A stretch of DNA of 62,956 bases, the filler included, from Babesia bigemina (taxonomy: Eukaryota): assembly GCF_000981445.1 (NCBI RefSeq). It is 8 parts of 8 records of this genome, joined end to end, with 100 filler letters (N's around TTAATTAATTAA, not from the genome) between each part and the next. Parts side by side here need not be neighbours in the genome. Positions count along the whole stretch, not along the records: positions 24,659 to 33,249 come from NW_012236966.1; positions 33,350 to 42,112 come from NW_012236967.1; 6 more parts are not named here. One strand, 5' to 3'. This document shows positions 31,847 to 42,212 of the stretch, piece by piece. The stretch's first letter is position 1, and every line of letters begins with the position of its first letter. Made by a program: the position numbers and the translations under genes. Below the pieces are notes generated by a model, which saw only the letters and a list, made by a program, of their open reading frames with translations, was not told the DNA's origin and did not search any database.

Positions 31847-31860
31847 ATAGGGAGGAGAAG

Positions 31861-32328
31861 ATGTCGTGGGAGAAGTGTAAGTGTAACAAAAACTGTACGA
31901 AGAGTGACTGTTATTGCTGTTACGTGTGTTGTACAGGATGTACTAGAACAAGGTGTTTTTATTGTATGGAATTCTATAGTGAGCGCAGTCGTGGAATGAA
32001 ACAATGCCATACTAATGGATGTAAAGAGTGCAACACCGCCGAATGTCCATGTAAGTGTTGTGATGAGAAACGCTTTGAAGCTTCCCGTCGACAACGTGCC
32101 GCCGGTCAACAGCAATCCCTTACTTCCTCCCATGTCTCCTCTTCTACCACCGTACAACGTTCCACCGGCGGACCCGGTACTGCTCACACCACGAATCCCT
32201 CCAAGTCTTCAGATCTCACAGTTGCCATGATCATCGTCCCCGTCGCCCTCATCATCGTCGTCATCTGCGTCATGGTCTACTTCCGCATCCGGCCGTTCCA
32301 CAGGGTGCGGTATCTACTGCGCAGCTGA
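31861..32328 (+). CDS. small Cys-rich, Ser/Thr-stalk, C-terminally anchored membrane protein (155 aa)
   Basis: ATG-started ORF with an N-terminal Cys/Lys-rich region (CKCNKNC..CYCCYVCC), an S/T-rich linker, hydrophobic VAMIIVPVALIIVVICVMVYF and basic tail RIRPFHRVRYLLRS; no signal peptide. Confidence 0.7.
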   Translation: MSWEKCKCNKNCTKSDCYCCYVCCTGCTRTRCFYCMEFYSERSRGMKQCHTNGCKECNTAECPCKCCDEKRFEASRRQRAAGQQQSLTSSHVSSSTTVQRSTGGPGTAHTTNPSKSSDLTVAMIIVPVALIIVVICVMVYFRIRPFHRVRYLLRS

Positions 32329-32411
32329 TCGCAATCACGTAACTGGCAACTGACATCTAATGTTCTAGACAGAGTAATGATCGCGTTGATGACCAGTCAC
32401 ATGAGCAGTGA

Positions 32412-32573
32412 GGTGACCAAGCACCTTCCCCCTCCGCCATCGCCGCCGTCATCGTCGCCATCATCGTCGCCATCATCCTGCTCGACCTGTGCATCTTCCG
32501 CTTCCCGGTGGGCCGCAACATCCGCGATTTCCTCGTACGCAAGATACCCTTCTGCATCGCGTTCTACAGCTAA
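32412..32573 (+). pseudogene. orphan TM+tail coding fragment (…SAIAAVIVAIIVAIILLDLCIFRFPVGRNIRDFLVRKIPFCIAFYS*)
   Basis: Manual translation: 53 codons between an in-frame TGA (32409-32411) and TAA; no ATG. Confidence 0.65.
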
Positions 32574-32693
32574 TATCCGCAATGTGTTAGCGCAAACATC
32601 GTAATCCAAGTTCCACCGATCACCTAACTGGCAACTGACATCTAATGTTCTATACAGTAATGATTGCTTGATGACCAATCACATGAGCAGTGA

Positions 32694-32855
32694 GGTGACC
32701 ATAACCCCGCCCCTTACATCATCGCCGCCGTCATCGTTGCCATCATCGTCGCCATCATCCTGCTCGACCTGTGCATCTTCCGCTTCCCGGTGGGCCACAG
32801 AATCCGCGATTTCCTCGTCCGCAAGATACCCTTCTGCATCGCGTTTTACAGCTGA
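32694..32855 (+). pseudogene. second orphan TM+tail fragment (…PYIIAAVIVAIIVAIILLDLCIFRFPVGHRIRDFLVRKIPFCIAFYS*)
   Basis: Manual translation; paralog of 32412-32573. Confidence 0.65.
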
Positions 32856-32955
32856 TCTAAGCAATTTAGTAGCGCAAAGATCTTAATCAAAATCCCGCTG
32901 ATCACCTAACTGGCAACTGACATCTAATGTTCTAGACAATGTATTGATCGCGTTG

Positions 32956-33102
32956 ATGACCAATCACATCAGCGGTGAGGTGACTACTTCCCCCGCCCCT
33001 TACATCATCGCCGCCGTCGCCCTCATCATCATCGTCATCTGCGTCATGATCTACTTCCGCATCCGGCCGTTCCACAGGGTGCGGTATCTACTGCGCAGCT
33101 GA
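32956..33102 (+). pseudogene. duplicate of the small gene's TM+tail as a 48-aa ORF (MTNHISGEVTTSPAPYIIAAVALIIIVICVMIYFRIRPFHRVRYLLRS*)
   Basis: Manual translation; 33030-33200 is nearly identical to 32255-32425. Confidence 0.55.
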
Positions 33103-33184
33103 TCGCAATCACGTAACTGGCAACTGACATCTAATGTTCTAGACAGAGTAATGATCGCGTTGATGACCAGTCACATGAGCAGTG

Positions 33185-33249
33185 AGGTGACCAAGCACCT
33201 GACCAATGCCACGACCAAAGTGGTGACCAAGACGCTGCCCAAAGTGCTG
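33185..33249 (+). repeat. 12-bp array C, truncated by contig end
   Basis: GACCAA every 12 nt. Confidence 0.85.
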
Positions 33250-33349
33250 NNNNNNNNNNNNNNNNNNNNNNNNNNNNNNNNNNNNNNNNNNNNTTAATTA
33301 ATTAANNNNNNNNNNNNNNNNNNNNNNNNNNNNNNNNNNNNNNNNNNNN

Positions 33350-34717
33350 TACATCGCTCCCTTATCCACTCTACATCGCCCCTTAACCTCCTCTAATCGC
33401 TCCCTAATCCACTCTACATCGCCCCTTTACCCACTCTACATCGCCCCTTTGTCCACTCTACATCCCTCCTTATCCACTCCACATCGCCCCTTTACCCACT
33501 CTACATCGCTCCTTAACCCACTCTACATCGCTCCCTAATCCACTCTACATCGCCCCTTATCCACTCTACATCGCCCCTTAACCCACTCTACATCGCTCCC
33601 TAACCCACTCTACATCGCCCCTTTATCCACTCTACATCGCCCCTTAACCCACTCTACATCGCCCCTTTATCCACTCTACATCGCCCCTTAACCCACTCTA
33701 CATCGCTCCCTAACCCACTCTTCATCGCTCCCTAACCCACTCTAGATCGCTCCTTAACCCACTCTACATCGCCCCTTAACCCACTCTACATCGCTCCTTT
33801 GTCCACTCTACATCGCCCCTTTACCCACTCTACATCGCTCCTTTACCCACTCTACATCGCTCCTCTATCCACCTTACATCGCCCCTTTATCCACTCTACA
33901 TCGCCCCTTTACCCACTCCACATCGCCCCTTAACCCACTCTACATCGCTCCTTAACCCACTCCACATCGCCCCTTAACCACTCTACATCGCTCCCTAATC
34001 CACTCTACATCGCCCCTTTATCTACTCCACATCGCTCCCTAACCCACTCTACATCGCTCCTCTATCCACTCTACATCGCCCCTTATCCACTCTACATCGC
34101 TCCCTAACCCACTCCACATCACCCCTTAACCCACTCTACATCGCCCCTTTACCCACTCTACATCGCTCCCTAACCCACTCTACATCGCTCCTTTACCCAC
34201 TCTACATCGCTCCTTTATCCACTCTACATCGCTCCTTTACCCACTCTACATCGCCGCTTTACCCACTCCACATCGCCCCTTTACCCACTCCACATCGCCC
34301 CTTTACCCACTCCAGATCGCTCCTTAACCCACTCTACATCGCTCCCTTACCCACTCTACATCGCCCCTTTACCCACTCTACATCGCTCTCTAACCCACTC
34401 TACATCGCCCCTTTACCCACTCTACATCGCTCCCTAATCCACTCTACATCGCTCCTTAACCCACTCCACATCGCTCCCTAATCCACTCTACATCGCTCCT
34501 TTATCCACCTTACATCGCTCCTCTATTCACTCTACATCGCTCCCTAACCCACTCTACATCGCCCCTTAACCCACTCCACATCGCCCCTTTATCCACTCTA
34601 CATCGCCCCTTTACCCACTCTACATCGCCCCTTAACCCACTCTACATCGCCCCTTTATCCACTCCACATCGCCCCTTAACACACTCTACATCGCTCCCTT
34701 ATCCACTCCACATCGCT
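33350..34717 (+). repeat. 22-bp array A upstream of gene 5
   Basis: Period-22 units. Confidence 0.97.
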
Positions 34718-34776
34718 CGAATTACCTCGCCATATTACCGCTATGACTTCTATAAACCATAGCAATAACTTGTGCC

Positions 34777-37700
34777 TTGTCACCCTTCACTTCCCTCCTG
34801 ACTGAGTCCATCGACTGGTTGATCCAGGTGAGGCATGGGAATGGTGACGGTGACAAGGGTCTTACCAAGTTGTCTCAAGCTTTGAAAAAGTTGATTGAGG
34901 AGGCTATTGAGAAGGCTACTAACTCCCTTAATGCCGAAAAATCTAAACTTGAATGCCCTGTTAAGTATGCTGGACATCCCTCTAACTGTGCCTATATTGA
35001 TAAGCTGATGAAACATGCTAAAGATTCTGACAATGTCGATCAGCCTAAAAATGTTTTTACTAAGCAGCAAATAACTGATATGAAAAATAAATGCATTGCT
35101 TCCCACTCCCGTCGTTATGATGATGCTACTAAGAAAGCCTTGGATGGCATTAAAGAGCGTCAGAAACAACTTGATGAACTTAAAAAGAAACTCGAAGCTT
35201 TTATCGGCAAAGATAACAGTGCTGAAGAATGTAAAAACCTTTTAGAGAATCTTTGTGACGGCCTCGAGACTTTCCTCGGCTTCAATCCATCTTCCAAAGG
35301 CTACACTGGCAATGGCATTGTCTACTCTGACTTGGATAGGCTGTGTGACGCGGTGATGGGATTTTTGAGTGGTGTGCTTGAAGCAGTGAAAGATGAAAAT
35401 GAAGTGACAACTTATGATCAATACATTAGTGGAGAGGATAAAAAGCTTAAAAGTGTACTTGACACCTTAAATAATAATATTGGCTCCGGGCGTCATGGGC
35501 TTGTGGCGTCTGTCGCGGAGGTGAAGGGGTGGTTGGAGGGGTATGAAACACAAATTAAGGCATACAATGCTGGTGTAACAAGCACGTTAGATAGGTTGAA
35601 ATATAATATTAATGACGACCTTAGCTCTATTAATGAACGTAAATCGCTCGCTGATCAGCATGACAGTTGGAAGAGCAGTGTTACAAAATATGCAAGTAAT
35701 ATCAAACAGGCGAAAATAGCCTCCACAAATCTCGACAACAAATTGAAAAACGACTTAGAGGTACCGCTCCGAAATATTAGTAGCGTTTTGGTGTTTATGA
35801 AGAAATCAGCAGAAAGCACGGATTTGAGGTCTCAGGCTGCAACATTGGACGATGATGTCGTAAAAATTGAAAACGAAATAATTACCCAGATAGAAATTAG
35901 ATCACAGGGAATTCGGGATAAGCTACATGATGAGTTCTGTGAAATGGAAGCAAAAATTAGGACTTTGAACGATACAAGGAAGGAGCGGATTAAGGTTATG
36001 AAGCAGGCCATACGAGAATTTCGGAGGTTAATTGACGTGCATTTTGGGGATTACCGCGACAGTTATAAGAAAAAGATCATGAAAACATTTATTGATATTA
36101 AGACATTGTTAAGCAATGTAAATAAGACCGAGGCATTAACGGGTGCGAAAGATGGAAACTCTTGGCTTAAGCAAAAAGTTGTGAAGATAAGGGAGGAATT
36201 GGAGGCAACTGGCGCCGAACTGGCGCGTTATCTGAAGAATGCCACTAATTTGATTCAGGCGGCAGAGAGACTGCGTTTGGAAGCTGAGACGAAGGCGACG
36301 GATGCGTATGATAAATTAAAACTACACTCAACACTGGACAAGAAAATCGGAGAAATTGTACTAGCGAAAGGTAATATTACAGCAGCTCCAGGAGCAGCGA
36401 AAACTAAACTCAAATCGTTGGTGGAGCATATTACGAAGGCGGTTGGAAAGTTGGATGAGAAGATTAAAGATGACCTTGCCGATTTAAAACTTGAAGTCCG
36501 CTCAGGTATTGCATCATATGTAACAGGGCTGGTTGATAAAATTGTTGAAGCCGCCGGAAAGGCCAGTCTCGGAAGTATTTCTGCTAGCAACTCCGGTGTC
36601 GAATTTTTGAAGAGTGCTGAAGGCATAAAGGATAAAGGAAGCTTGGGGAAAGCACTTAATTATATCGTTAATAACGGCAACACAAATAGGGAGCAGACAT
36701 ATTTGGAGGCAGGTCTATATTATCTGAAAAGAACCAAGGACGAATGGAACAAAATCGTAAACAGGAAAATAAATATCACCTCCGACTTGTCAAAGGATTT
36801 GAAAGATGCAGCTAGTCAGGCATTCCTTGAGGCTGATACGGATGCTACCAACGTTAAGAAGCTAATGCACGCCTATAATATTCACGTAACAGATCATCAA
36901 AATAATACGCTGGCAACTGCGATCGCTGACTTAGAAAAATATGCGCTAACTGAAATGACGTCCATCGTAACCAGCAAAACCACCGAAATTGGTAAAGCCA
37001 TTGGCGAGGTTAGAACTGAGGTGAATGCTATCAAGGATATTCTGCGAAGTGACAAAAATCATGACGTCATTCATACATTGAAACAATTGCACGACACAAT
37101 TGGTCAGCACGATACGAAAGCAGGTGACGACAGCCTCGGAAAACTTATGATAAAAATGGATAAATTGCAGCAAGCTGATTTGTCTGAAAGCTTGGCCGGC
37201 AGAATCCAAAAGGCCATTTTGGGGGTGATTGATAATGTAAATATGTTGGAACTAGTGCCCGAAGATATTGAGGAAAAGAGGAAGGAAGTAGGAAACTTAG
37301 TGGACGATTTGAAAGCTGGATTAAGTCACAACATCAGTAATGTTATCAAAGTAATAATTGACACAGACACAGCCCTGGATGCTGCCACTGAAGAACTACA
37401 TAAACGTGTACTTTCAGCGCGTCAAACACTGCAGGGTTATATTACACGTGTACAAGTCGACATCTCTGATGAATTGAAGCATATCTTCAAAAGTTTGACT
37501 GCCGAGGTGAGAAGATTATATGCCAAAAGACATGAAGCCTATCTGAAAGAATTGCAGAAAATAGTGCAGGCCGCACTAGCCGACGCCGCAGTGATAATTG
37601 ACGCGAATCTAAAGTCAGGTGTTAAAGGTCTCATGAGATGGATGAAAGGCGAGATAGACTATTACGGTATTGAACGTTCTCCAAATAAGCTTGAATACTT

Positions 37701-40269
37701 AGACAGATCGATAAGGTCATCCAGCAATGGTAGAGAAAAACTAAAAAATCTATCGGATGCATTTAAAACATACTTGAATACTTTCTACGAATACATTAAA
37801 TTCGAAGTCACAGACGCAACCAAAACAGTAACCAACCCCCCTCCCACCGTGCCACCCACCGACCCAGCCAACAAGCTAACCAAAATCAAAACTAACTTCG
37901 ACAAATTACTTACTCATTCAAGTAACTCAAATGACTCTAAAAAGTATAATTATGACAATGATTTCGTTAAATTACGTGAGTCCCTCTCCACCTCCCTCCA
38001 CCATTTATCCCCCTCCGCCTTCGCCAACCCCCGGCACCCGGAGCTGCTCGATGCGGTTAGAGCGGGGCTGCAGGGGTTTGTCAAGGAGATGGAGCGGGTG
38101 TATGTGAACGGGTATGATGGAGGGGAGGATATCATAATAGTAGATGCAAGAAATCAAAAAGTAACCGATGACGGCAAAAAATGCGCAAAAGTATGTCTGA
38201 CATTGTTCTCCACACTTCATCACGTATTAAGTGTATTAAGGAAATATTGTTATCGCACATGTAAATATATGCAAATTAACAAATCAACTGAACTTGGCAG
38301 CTTTTTCAGCAAGCAAGGATACTGTATATCCGACCGAGGTGAACAAAACGGTGAATTGCAGGACAAAATTAGTATGCAAGGAACAAAAGTACATAGTTTA
38401 CTTGCCGGGCAATTAAATACTGTTTACAACTCCAACAAGGGATTCAAAAATGCTCTTGAAAAGCTTAACGACTACCTTACCGATTATTACCAAGTCAGGC
38501 ACATCTCCACTTTCACTGCCAAGAGACGACCATGCAACGTATTCGAAATGCTCTGTTGGCTCTCTGGGTTACCGTGCAATGCAGTGTATGAAGATATGCT
38601 GAGTGGAGCTGTGAGTGACCTATTCGAAGATCCAAGTAAGCAGGTCGCGGTTGAAGATGAAGGCCATGAAATCACAGTTTCAGACATGAGACAAGACTCC
38701 ATACCGGCGCACCCGTACAACATGTCATATGATGACACGCAAAAAGCAATAACACGTCTTTGCTCGAAATCATACGATGTTCTGGCAAGAATCCTCGGCA
38801 CCGGAGACGCGTACTCCATGTACGCCGTCGACTACTGCAGCAATGCACTAAATCTTCATTACCCGCCTAAAGGTGAAGATTGCCTTCATCTGCTGCTTGA
38901 CGTCCTTCACAGATTATTACCGTCGCTTAGATTCTTGTATAGGCAATGCGGCGTACGTGCTGCGTACTACGGATGGGCTGATTGCCATTACGGTAAACAG
39001 GTCGGATGTGCCAACTGGCCATGCAAGGATCATCCAACTAACAAAGCAGCGTGCGAACCAAACGGTCAAGCAACGTGCCAGGCAAATAGTCAACCAAATT
39101 GCCGGCCAACTTCTCCTTTAATGTCTTACCTCAATGACTGTTTACCCGGTCACTTGCCTCATCAGCTGCGTACCATAGGCTGCAAAACGGAATGCGCAAC
39201 CTGTCCGAAGTCCAAGCCTGGCATGTCATGTTTGGTACCGCTTGGGTTTAGGCGTTTCTCCGGCCAGTCACGTACAGGCAAGGAACTGTGTGATACACTG
39301 GAGAATTTCTTCTCCAATTCATATATCACAACACTATTTTGCCTTATGCCAAAACCGCCATCTACACTTGCTGAACACATGAGCTTCGCAATGAACTATT
39401 TTGGAAAGTGGCAGACGGACACATCAAGAAATATAAACGGTCTTCAAGTAGCATTCGAGAAATCAATGAAGAAGCTATCAATACATCAAGTCGAGGATGC
39501 GAGCAACTTGAGAAGTGCGCTCAGAGATATCTATGGAACAAAGCACAACAATGAGCCCAGCAAGCTGTCATCTCATCAGGACTCGAAACATGCCGATTTG
39601 TGGAGTGTCTGCCTACCTAACGAAACAAAGCCATGCTCCGATTTGAAGCACCAATGCGCTCCTTATATCTCCTCAACTTCTTCCGATGCGTACAATTACC
39701 TTGCTGAGAAGCATTCAGATCTATACCTCTCATGGGCTATATATCTACCGTGGACATTCTACAGCTGCCTGAAATCCTTGCTGGATGCTTTCCAACAAAT
39801 AGATTGCGGAAGCTCTGGTTGCACTAAATGTTCATGCAAGCCGGGAACACATGGCGTAGAATTAAACTGCACGTGCAACGCATTGATAAGCTGCCGTGGC
39901 GTGACGCCTACATTCTACCAATATGGTTTCACATTTGGATACACTAAAAGCATATACGGTACAGACAGAAAATACTGCCGCAATTTCAACACGCAATTAA
40001 GCAACGTGCTTAAATCCGACTACTTCACCAAATTATTTGAGGAATGTGACAACTTCTTATGGATCATCAGAGCACCATTCTCCTACCTTGTGCTCACCCT
40101 CTGGCTCCTCTCTTTCCTCTACCTCATCCACATCATGGTCATCCGCCTTGACCTGCTCCACATCAAATCGCATCTGCATAGTCCCTCATCACATCGCATA
40201 GCTGCTCAATCTTTACTTGCTGCTGGACGCGTTAACAAGCTTAACAGGGTGTTTTACCTGCAACCATAA
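34777..40269 (+). CDS. ves1: VESA1-like antigen, gene 5 (about 1830 aa, tail type A); ORF opens at TTG
   Basis: ESIDWLIQVRHGNG, YSDLDRLCDAVMGFLSGVL, SPLMSYLNDCLPGHLPH, TM and NKLNRVFYLQP. Confidence 0.8.
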   Translation: MSPFTSLLTESIDWLIQVRHGNGDGDKGLTKLSQALKKLIEEAIEKATNSLNAEKSKLECPVKYAGHPSNCAYIDKLMKHAKDSDNVDQPKNVFTKQQITDMKNKCIASHSRRYDDATKKALDGIKERQKQLDELKKKLEAFIGKDNSAEECKNLLENLCDGLETFLGFNPSSKGYTGNGIVYSDLDRLCDAVMGFLSGVLEAVKDENEVTTYDQYISGEDKKLKSVLDTLNNNIGSGRHGLVASVAEVKGWLEGYETQIKAYNAGVTSTLDRLKYNINDDLSSINERKSLADQHDSWKSSVTKYASNIKQAKIASTNLDNKLKNDLEVPLRNISSVLVFMKKSAESTDLRSQAATLDDDVVKIENEIITQIEIRSQGIRDKLHDEFCEMEAKIRTLNDTRKERIKVMKQAIREFRRLIDVHFGDYRDSYKKKIMKTFIDIKTLLSNVNKTEALTGAKDGNSWLKQKVVKIREELEATGAELARYLKNATNLIQAAERLRLEAETKATDAYDKLKLHSTLDKKIGEIVLAKGNITAAPGAAKTKLKSLVEHITKAVGKLDEKIKDDLADLKLEVRSGIASYVTGLVDKIVEAAGKASLGSISASNSGVEFLKSAEGIKDKGSLGKALNYIVNNGNTNREQTYLEAGLYYLKRTKDEWNKIVNRKINITSDLSKDLKDAASQAFLEADTDATNVKKLMHAYNIHVTDHQNNTLATAIADLEKYALTEMTSIVTSKTTEIGKAIGEVRTEVNAIKDILRSDKNHDVIHTLKQLHDTIGQHDTKAGDDSLGKLMIKMDKLQQADLSESLAGRIQKAILGVIDNVNMLELVPEDIEEKRKEVGNLVDDLKAGLSHNISNVIKVIIDTDTALDAATEELHKRVLSARQTLQGYITRVQVDISDELKHIFKSLTAEVRRLYAKRHEAYLKELQKIVQAALADAAVIIDANLKSGVKGLMRWMKGEIDYYGIERSPNKLEYLDRSIRSSSNGREKLKNLSDAFKTYLNTFYEYIKFEVTDATKTVTNPPPTVPPTDPANKLTKIKTNFDKLLTHSSNSNDSKKYNYDNDFVKLRESLSTSLHHLSPSAFANPRHPELLDAVRAGLQGFVKEMERVYVNGYDGGEDIIIVDARNQKVTDDGKKCAKVCLTLFSTLHHVLSVLRKYCYRTCKYMQINKSTELGSFFSKQGYCISDRGEQNGELQDKISMQGTKVHSLLAGQLNTVYNSNKGFKNALEKLNDYLTDYYQVRHISTFTAKRRPCNVFEMLCWLSGLPCNAVYEDMLSGAVSDLFEDPSKQVAVEDEGHEITVSDMRQDSIPAHPYNMSYDDTQKAITRLCSKSYDVLARILGTGDAYSMYAVDYCSNALNLHYPPKGEDCLHLLLDVLHRLLPSLRFLYRQCGVRAAYYGWADCHYGKQVGCANWPCKDHPTNKAACEPNGQATCQANSQPNCRPTSPLMSYLNDCLPGHLPHQLRTIGCKTECATCPKSKPGMSCLVPLGFRRFSGQSRTGKELCDTLENFFSNSYITTLFCLMPKPPSTLAEHMSFAMNYFGKWQTDTSRNINGLQVAFEKSMKKLSIHQVEDASNLRSALRDIYGTKHNNEPSKLSSHQDSKHADLWSVCLPNETKPCSDLKHQCAPYISSTSSDAYNYLAEKHSDLYLSWAIYLPWTFYSCLKSLLDAFQQIDCGSSGCTKCSCKPGTHGVELNCTCNALISCRGVTPTFYQYGFTFGYTKSIYGTDRKYCRNFNTQLSNVLKSDYFTKLFEECDNFLWIIRAPFSYLVLTLWLLSFLYLIHIMVIRLDLLHIKSHLHSPSSHRIAAQSLLAAGRVNKLNRVFYLQP

Positions 40270-40392
40270 TCGTACTCACGTGTTTACTATCTACACTCAC
40301 CTAACATCACCTACTCACCTATCTAACGGATTGTCATCTAATGTTTTGTATCACTCATTAATTGTTGTATGTGATTGTGTAATAGTTAAATA

Positions 40393-40460
40393 AAGTGCTA
40401 ACCAAAGTGCTGACCAAGGTGCTGACCAAGGTGCTGACCAAGGTGCTGACCAAAGTGGTA
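40393..40460 (+). repeat. short 12-bp array C with no array B following
   Basis: About 5 GTGCTGACCAAG units, then directly AAGTGGTAATTATTATCCAC. Confidence 0.9.
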
Positions 40461-40464
40461 ATTA

Positions 40465-42112
40465 TTATCCACCTTACATCGCCCCTTTATCCACTCTACA
40501 TCGCCCCTTAACCCACTCTACATCGCTCCTTTACCCACTCCACATCGCCCCTTTATCCACTCTACATCGCTCCTTTATCCACTCTACATCGCTCCTTAAC
40601 CCACCCTACATCGCCCCTTTATCCACTCTACATCGCCCCTTAACCCACTCTACATCGCCCCTTTATCCACTCTACATCGCCCCTTTACCCACTCTACATC
40701 GCTCCCTAAACCACTCTACATCGCTCCTTAACCCACTCTACATCGCCCCTTATCCACTCCACATCGCCCCTTAACCCACTCTACATCGCTCCCTAACCCA
40801 CACTACATCGCCCCTTAACCCACTCCACATCGCTCCTTATCCACTCTACATCGCCCCTTAACCCACTCTACATCGCTCCTTTATCCACTCTACATCGCTC
40901 CTTTATCCACTCTACATCGCTCCTTAACCTCCTCTAATCGCCCCTTTACCCACACTACATCGCCCCTTTATCCACTCCACATCGCTCCTTTACCCACTCC
41001 ACATCGCCCCTTTATCCACTCTACATCGCCCCTTTATCCACTCTACATCGCCCTTTATCCACTCTACATCGCTCCTTTATCCACTCTACGTCGCCCTTTA
41101 TCCACTCTACATCGCCCCTTTACCCACTCCACATCGCCCCTTGATCCACTCCACATCGCCCCTTAACCCACTCTACATCGCTCCCTTATCCACTCTACAT
41201 CGCTCCCTTATCCACTCCACATCGCTCCCTAACCCACTCTACATCGCTCCTTTACCCACTCCACATCGCCCCTTTATCCACTCTACATCGCTCCTTTATC
41301 CACTCTACATCGCTCCTTAACCCACCCTACATCGCCCCTTTATCCACTCTACATCGCCCCTTAACCCACTCTACATCGCCCCTTTATCCACTCTACATCG
41401 CCCCTTTACCCACTCTACATCGCTCCCTTAACCCACTCTACATCGCCCCTTTACCACCTTACATCGCTCCTTAACCCACTCCACATCGCTCCCTAACCCA
41501 CTCTACATCGCCCCTTTATCCACTCTACATCGCTCCCTAGCCCACTCCACATCGCCCCTTAACCCACTCTACATCGCCCTTTATCCACTCTACATCGCCC
41601 CTTTACCCACTCCACATCGCCCCTTGATCCACTGCACATCGCCCCTTAACCCACTCTACATCGCTCCCTTATCCACTCTACATCGCTCCCTTATCCACTC
41701 CACATCGCTCCCTAACCCACTCTACATCGCTCCTTTACCCACTACACATCGCCCCTTTATCCACTCTACATCGCTCCTTTATCCACTCTACATCGCTCCT
41801 TAACCCACCCTACATCGCCCCTTTATCCACTCTACATCGCCCCTTAACCCACTCTACATCGCCCTTTATCCACTCTACATCGCTCCTTTATCCACTATAC
41901 GTCGCCCTTTATCCACTCTACATCGCCCCTTTACCCACTCTACATCGCTTCCTAACCCACTCCACATCGCTCCTTTACCCACTCCACATCGCCCCTTAAC
42001 CCACCTTACATCGCTCCTTATCCACTCTACATCGCCCCTTTATCCATCTTACATCGCTCCTTTACCCACTGTACATCGCTCCCTAACCCACTGTACATCG
42101 CTCCTTTACCCA
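40465..42112 (+). repeat. 22-bp array A downstream of gene 5
   Basis: Period-22 units with internal block duplications. Confidence 0.97.
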
Positions 42113-42212
42113 NNNNNNNNNNNNNNNNNNNNNNNNNNNNNNNNNNNNNNNNNNNNTTAATTAATTAANNNNNNNNNNNNNNNNNNNNNNNNNNNNNNNN
42201 NNNNNNNNNNNN

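Noticed and set aside
31591..32187. 198-aa minus-strand ORF over the 75-bp repeat and the small gene
   Set aside because: Non-ATG start, antisense to a better-supported gene, and partly repeat-derived
32377..32886. Ser/Pro-rich ORFs 32377..32604 and 32668..32886 and acidic antisense ORFs 32397..32678 and 32679..32864
   Set aside because: Alternate-frame readings of the hydrophobic TM-tail cassettes, which give the coherent protein-like frame
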